Made by a program: the position numbers and the translations under genes. Positions 58,834 through 61,019 of a stretch of DNA of 61,019 nt are shown in pieces (the stretch's first letter is position 1; every line of letters starts with the position of its first letter). Source of the DNA: Chrysochromulina tobinii (lineage: Eukaryota); assembly GCA_001275005.1 (NCBI GenBank), contig JWZX01002355.1, positions 1-61,019 of the forward strand, given 5' to 3'. The notes below the pieces were generated by a model. The model was not told the origin of the DNA. It ran no database searches and saw only the letters and a list, made by a program, of their open reading frames with translations.

Positions 58834-59259
58834 ATGCGCGCCGGCGTGTTGCTTCTCCTCGTTCACACGGTGGTCGTTTCTGCATTCGCGCTGCCTTCGG
58901 CTGGTGTACGCGCCACCGCCGAACGGAGCACAGCCGTGCGCATGGGCATGTTCGATGGGCTCAAGGGCGCCTTTGCCAACGACGACACCCTCGGAAAGCG
59001 AGAGAATGCTGGTCTGTCCAAAGAGAAGACGAAGCGAACGGTGACGTGGGTCGGACCCAAGGGAGAGAAAAAAGTGGCACAGGCTCTTGCGGGTCAGAAG
59101 CTCCGCGATGTCGCGCGCAGCTGCAATATTCCCATCAAATACGACTGCAACGAAGGCACCTGCAAGACCTGCGAGGCGCAGGTTGGAAGTGGACGAGCAA
59201 AGATCTGCGTGACCAAGATGCCGGACAAGGATGTGACGATCAAGTACAACATCCGTTGA
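58834..59259 (+). CDS. Plastid-targeted 2Fe-2S ferredoxin-like protein
   Basis: Bipartite presequence (…VVSAF…AVRM); C-x4-C-x2-C (CNEGTCKTC) plus distal ICV. Confidence 0.85.
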   Translation: MRAGVLLLLVHTVVVSAFALPSAGVRATAERSTAVRMGMFDGLKGAFANDDTLGKRENAGLSKEKTKRTVTWVGPKGEKKVAQALAGQKLRDVARSCNIPIKYDCNEGTCKTCEAQVGSGRAKICVTKMPDKDVTIKYNIR

Positions 59260-59810
59260 GTGCAAAGTCCATGGCTGAGGTGCGCATGCTCCAGATCAAC
59301 GTGGCCAATCTGCCATGTGAGGAGACGACAGTCTCTTGCCGCATTGTGCAGACAGCCGTGTCGGATGTCGCTGGCATGTCGATGTGATGTGCCATGGCAT
59401 GTGGCATGGCATGGCAATGTGTCTTCTCATTTGGTTACCGTACGCATGTGGCCTGTTCTGTATGTAAGGGATGTGTCTCGTCGTCCGAATATGTTTGCCC
59501 GCGCGGCCCTGGATAGATCGCCAGTGCGAGCTCGGCGGGGCGCGGGCGCGGTTCTATGGGATTGCGCGGCACGACGTGAGCGCCGCCGTCTTCGGCGCTG
59601 TCGTTAACCGCTCACACACATCTGACTCACATGTTCACATGCACTGCTGAAACGGAGCCTCACCCTCAGCCTGACCCTAAGTTTCGCATCTGGCTCGAAC
59701 ACTGCGCGGCTCGGCTCCGAACGCCCTAACGGCTTAAAATATAAATATCATCACTGAGCGGACCTGTAGAGGTCTGTACGACTTCTTACTTTCTGAGTTC
59801 ATCTCACAAG

Positions 59811-61019
59811 TCACAACAAAAGGAGGGCCCTCTTCGCACCGGGAGTTGTCGTACGCGGCGACCATTCGCCGCGCTCCGACCGTCTCGGCGAGCCCCTCGG
59901 ACTCGGCGTCGATGCCGACCGATTGGTCGGTAGCGGTCGAAGGGCGTGGAAAGCCACACAGACGGCCGACACGCCCGCAACGAGCCAAACGACAATCGCG
60001 AACAGAGGTGAGGGTGGAGGCGGTGGGGGCGGGAGTGAGGGCAGCGGTGAGGGTGGCGGCGAGGGCGGCGGCGGCGAGGGCGGCGGTGAAGGTGGCGGCG
60101 CTGGCGGCGGTGAGGGTGGTGGCGAGGGCGATGGCGGGGGCGATGGTGGAGGAGACGGTGGCGGTGGTGAAGGCGGCGGTGGCGAGGGAGCTGTGAAGAC
60201 ATACGCTGCGCTATACGTCCAAGTGAACGCGCTTCGCCACGCTGTGGTCGCTCGAGCAGTCACGCAGTCGGGGTATGGGGTCGCAGCGGGACAGGTGATC
60301 TGGATGATGTTGCTAGACTGTGGCACGTAGCCGATGCCTTGGTTCGTAAAGCTGGTCCTCTCTGCGGTGACAGCGAGCCCAACCAACTGCGTTGCCATGG
60401 CGGTGGTGCAGCAGCCAGCGATGGCGGTGAGTCGCCGACGTCCGTGGCGGTCATGGCCGTCAGTCGCGCCGGTAGCACCATTAGATCCATCGGGAAAGTC
60501 GTGGACGACTCCATCTACTGTTGCCGTGCCTGCCCCCAACTGCCGGCGCCTTGAAAACAAGTCAAGACCAGGGGGTAGAAACTGTACCTCCGATGAGACA
60601 GTGGTAATAGTGCCTCCGGGTGGCGCTGCTGGGGGAGGCTCCGGAGGCGATGGCGGCGGCGACGGCGGCGGAGGCGAAGGTGGCGGCAGCGGCGGAGGGC
60701 TCGGTGGTGGCGGCGAGGGTGGTGGTGATGGCGGCGGTGGTGAGGGAGGCGGCGAAGGTGGTGGCGGCCTTGGTGGCGGTGACGGTGGCGGCGGCGAGGG
60801 AGGAGGTTTGGGTGGCGGCGAGGGCGGAGGTGATGGTGGCGGCGGTGAGGGGGGTGGCTCTGGCGGAGGGCTGGGTGGTGGTGGCGAGGGCGGCGGCGAT
60901 GGAGGGGGTGGAGATGGTGGCGGAGGGGAAGGCGGTGGTGGTAGTGGTGGCGGTGAGGGTGGGGGCGGGCTTGGCGGAGGGGAAGGCGGCGGAGGCGAGG
61001 GAGGTGGCTCTGGCGGAGG
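59811..61019 (-). CDS. Extensin-like (SPPPP) membrane/surface protein, 5'-truncated
   Basis: The frame stays open upstream of 60560 into PPSPP repeats. RRRQL and HGRRRL motifs, a Cys module and a C-terminal TM segment. Confidence 0.78.
   Translation of the reverse strand, partial: PPPEPPPSPPPPSPPPSPPPPSPPPLPPPPSPPPPSPPPPSPPPSPPPPSPPPEPPPSPPPPSPPPSPPPKPPPSPPPPSPPPRPPPPSPPPSPPPPSPPPSPPPPSPPPLPPPSPPPPSPPPSPPEPPPAAPPGGTITTVSSEVQFLPPGLDLFSRRRQLGAGTATVDGVVHDFPDGSNGATGATDGHDRHGRRRLTAIAGCCTTAMATQLVGLAVTAERTSFTNQGIGYVPQSSNIIQITCPAATPYPDCVTARATTAWRSAFTWTYSAAYVFTAPSPPPPSPPPPSPPPSPPPSPSPPPSPPPAPPPSPPPSPPPPSPPPSPLPSLPPPPPPPSPLFAIVVWLVAGVSAVCVAFHALRPLPTNRSASTPSPRGSPRRSERGEWSPRTTTPGAKRALLLL

Overview
This is GC-rich, gene-dense, intron-poor eukaryotic nuclear DNA, most likely from a haptophyte alga (Chrysochromulina-like). 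That call is inferred from GT/GC-AG introns built of CTGATTGCCT-type decamers, plastid-targeted PsbP and ferredoxin genes, and SPPPP-rich surface proteins. About 30 protein-coding genes and 7 supportable introns are present. Core and transport genes: cohesin SMC3, a half-size ABCB transporter, an MSS116-type DEAD-box helicase. Modification enzymes: GT47, GT41 and GT25-like glycosyltransferases, DOT1-like and SET methyltransferases, two 2OG-Fe(II) hydroxylases. Others: a GBP-family GTPase, MORN, U-box and EEP proteins, five EF-hand proteins and two edge-truncated extensin-like genes. No rRNA, tRNA, CRISPR or transposase was recognised. The most notable observations are an 84-aa in-frame module inserted in the SMC3 hinge, a family of short decamer-repeat introns, a ~130-aa Cys-containing extracellular insert in the half-ABCB, an inverted pair of orphan paralogs flanking the helicase, and pervasive head-to-head gene pairing. 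All family calls come from motif recognition by eye; no database search was run.
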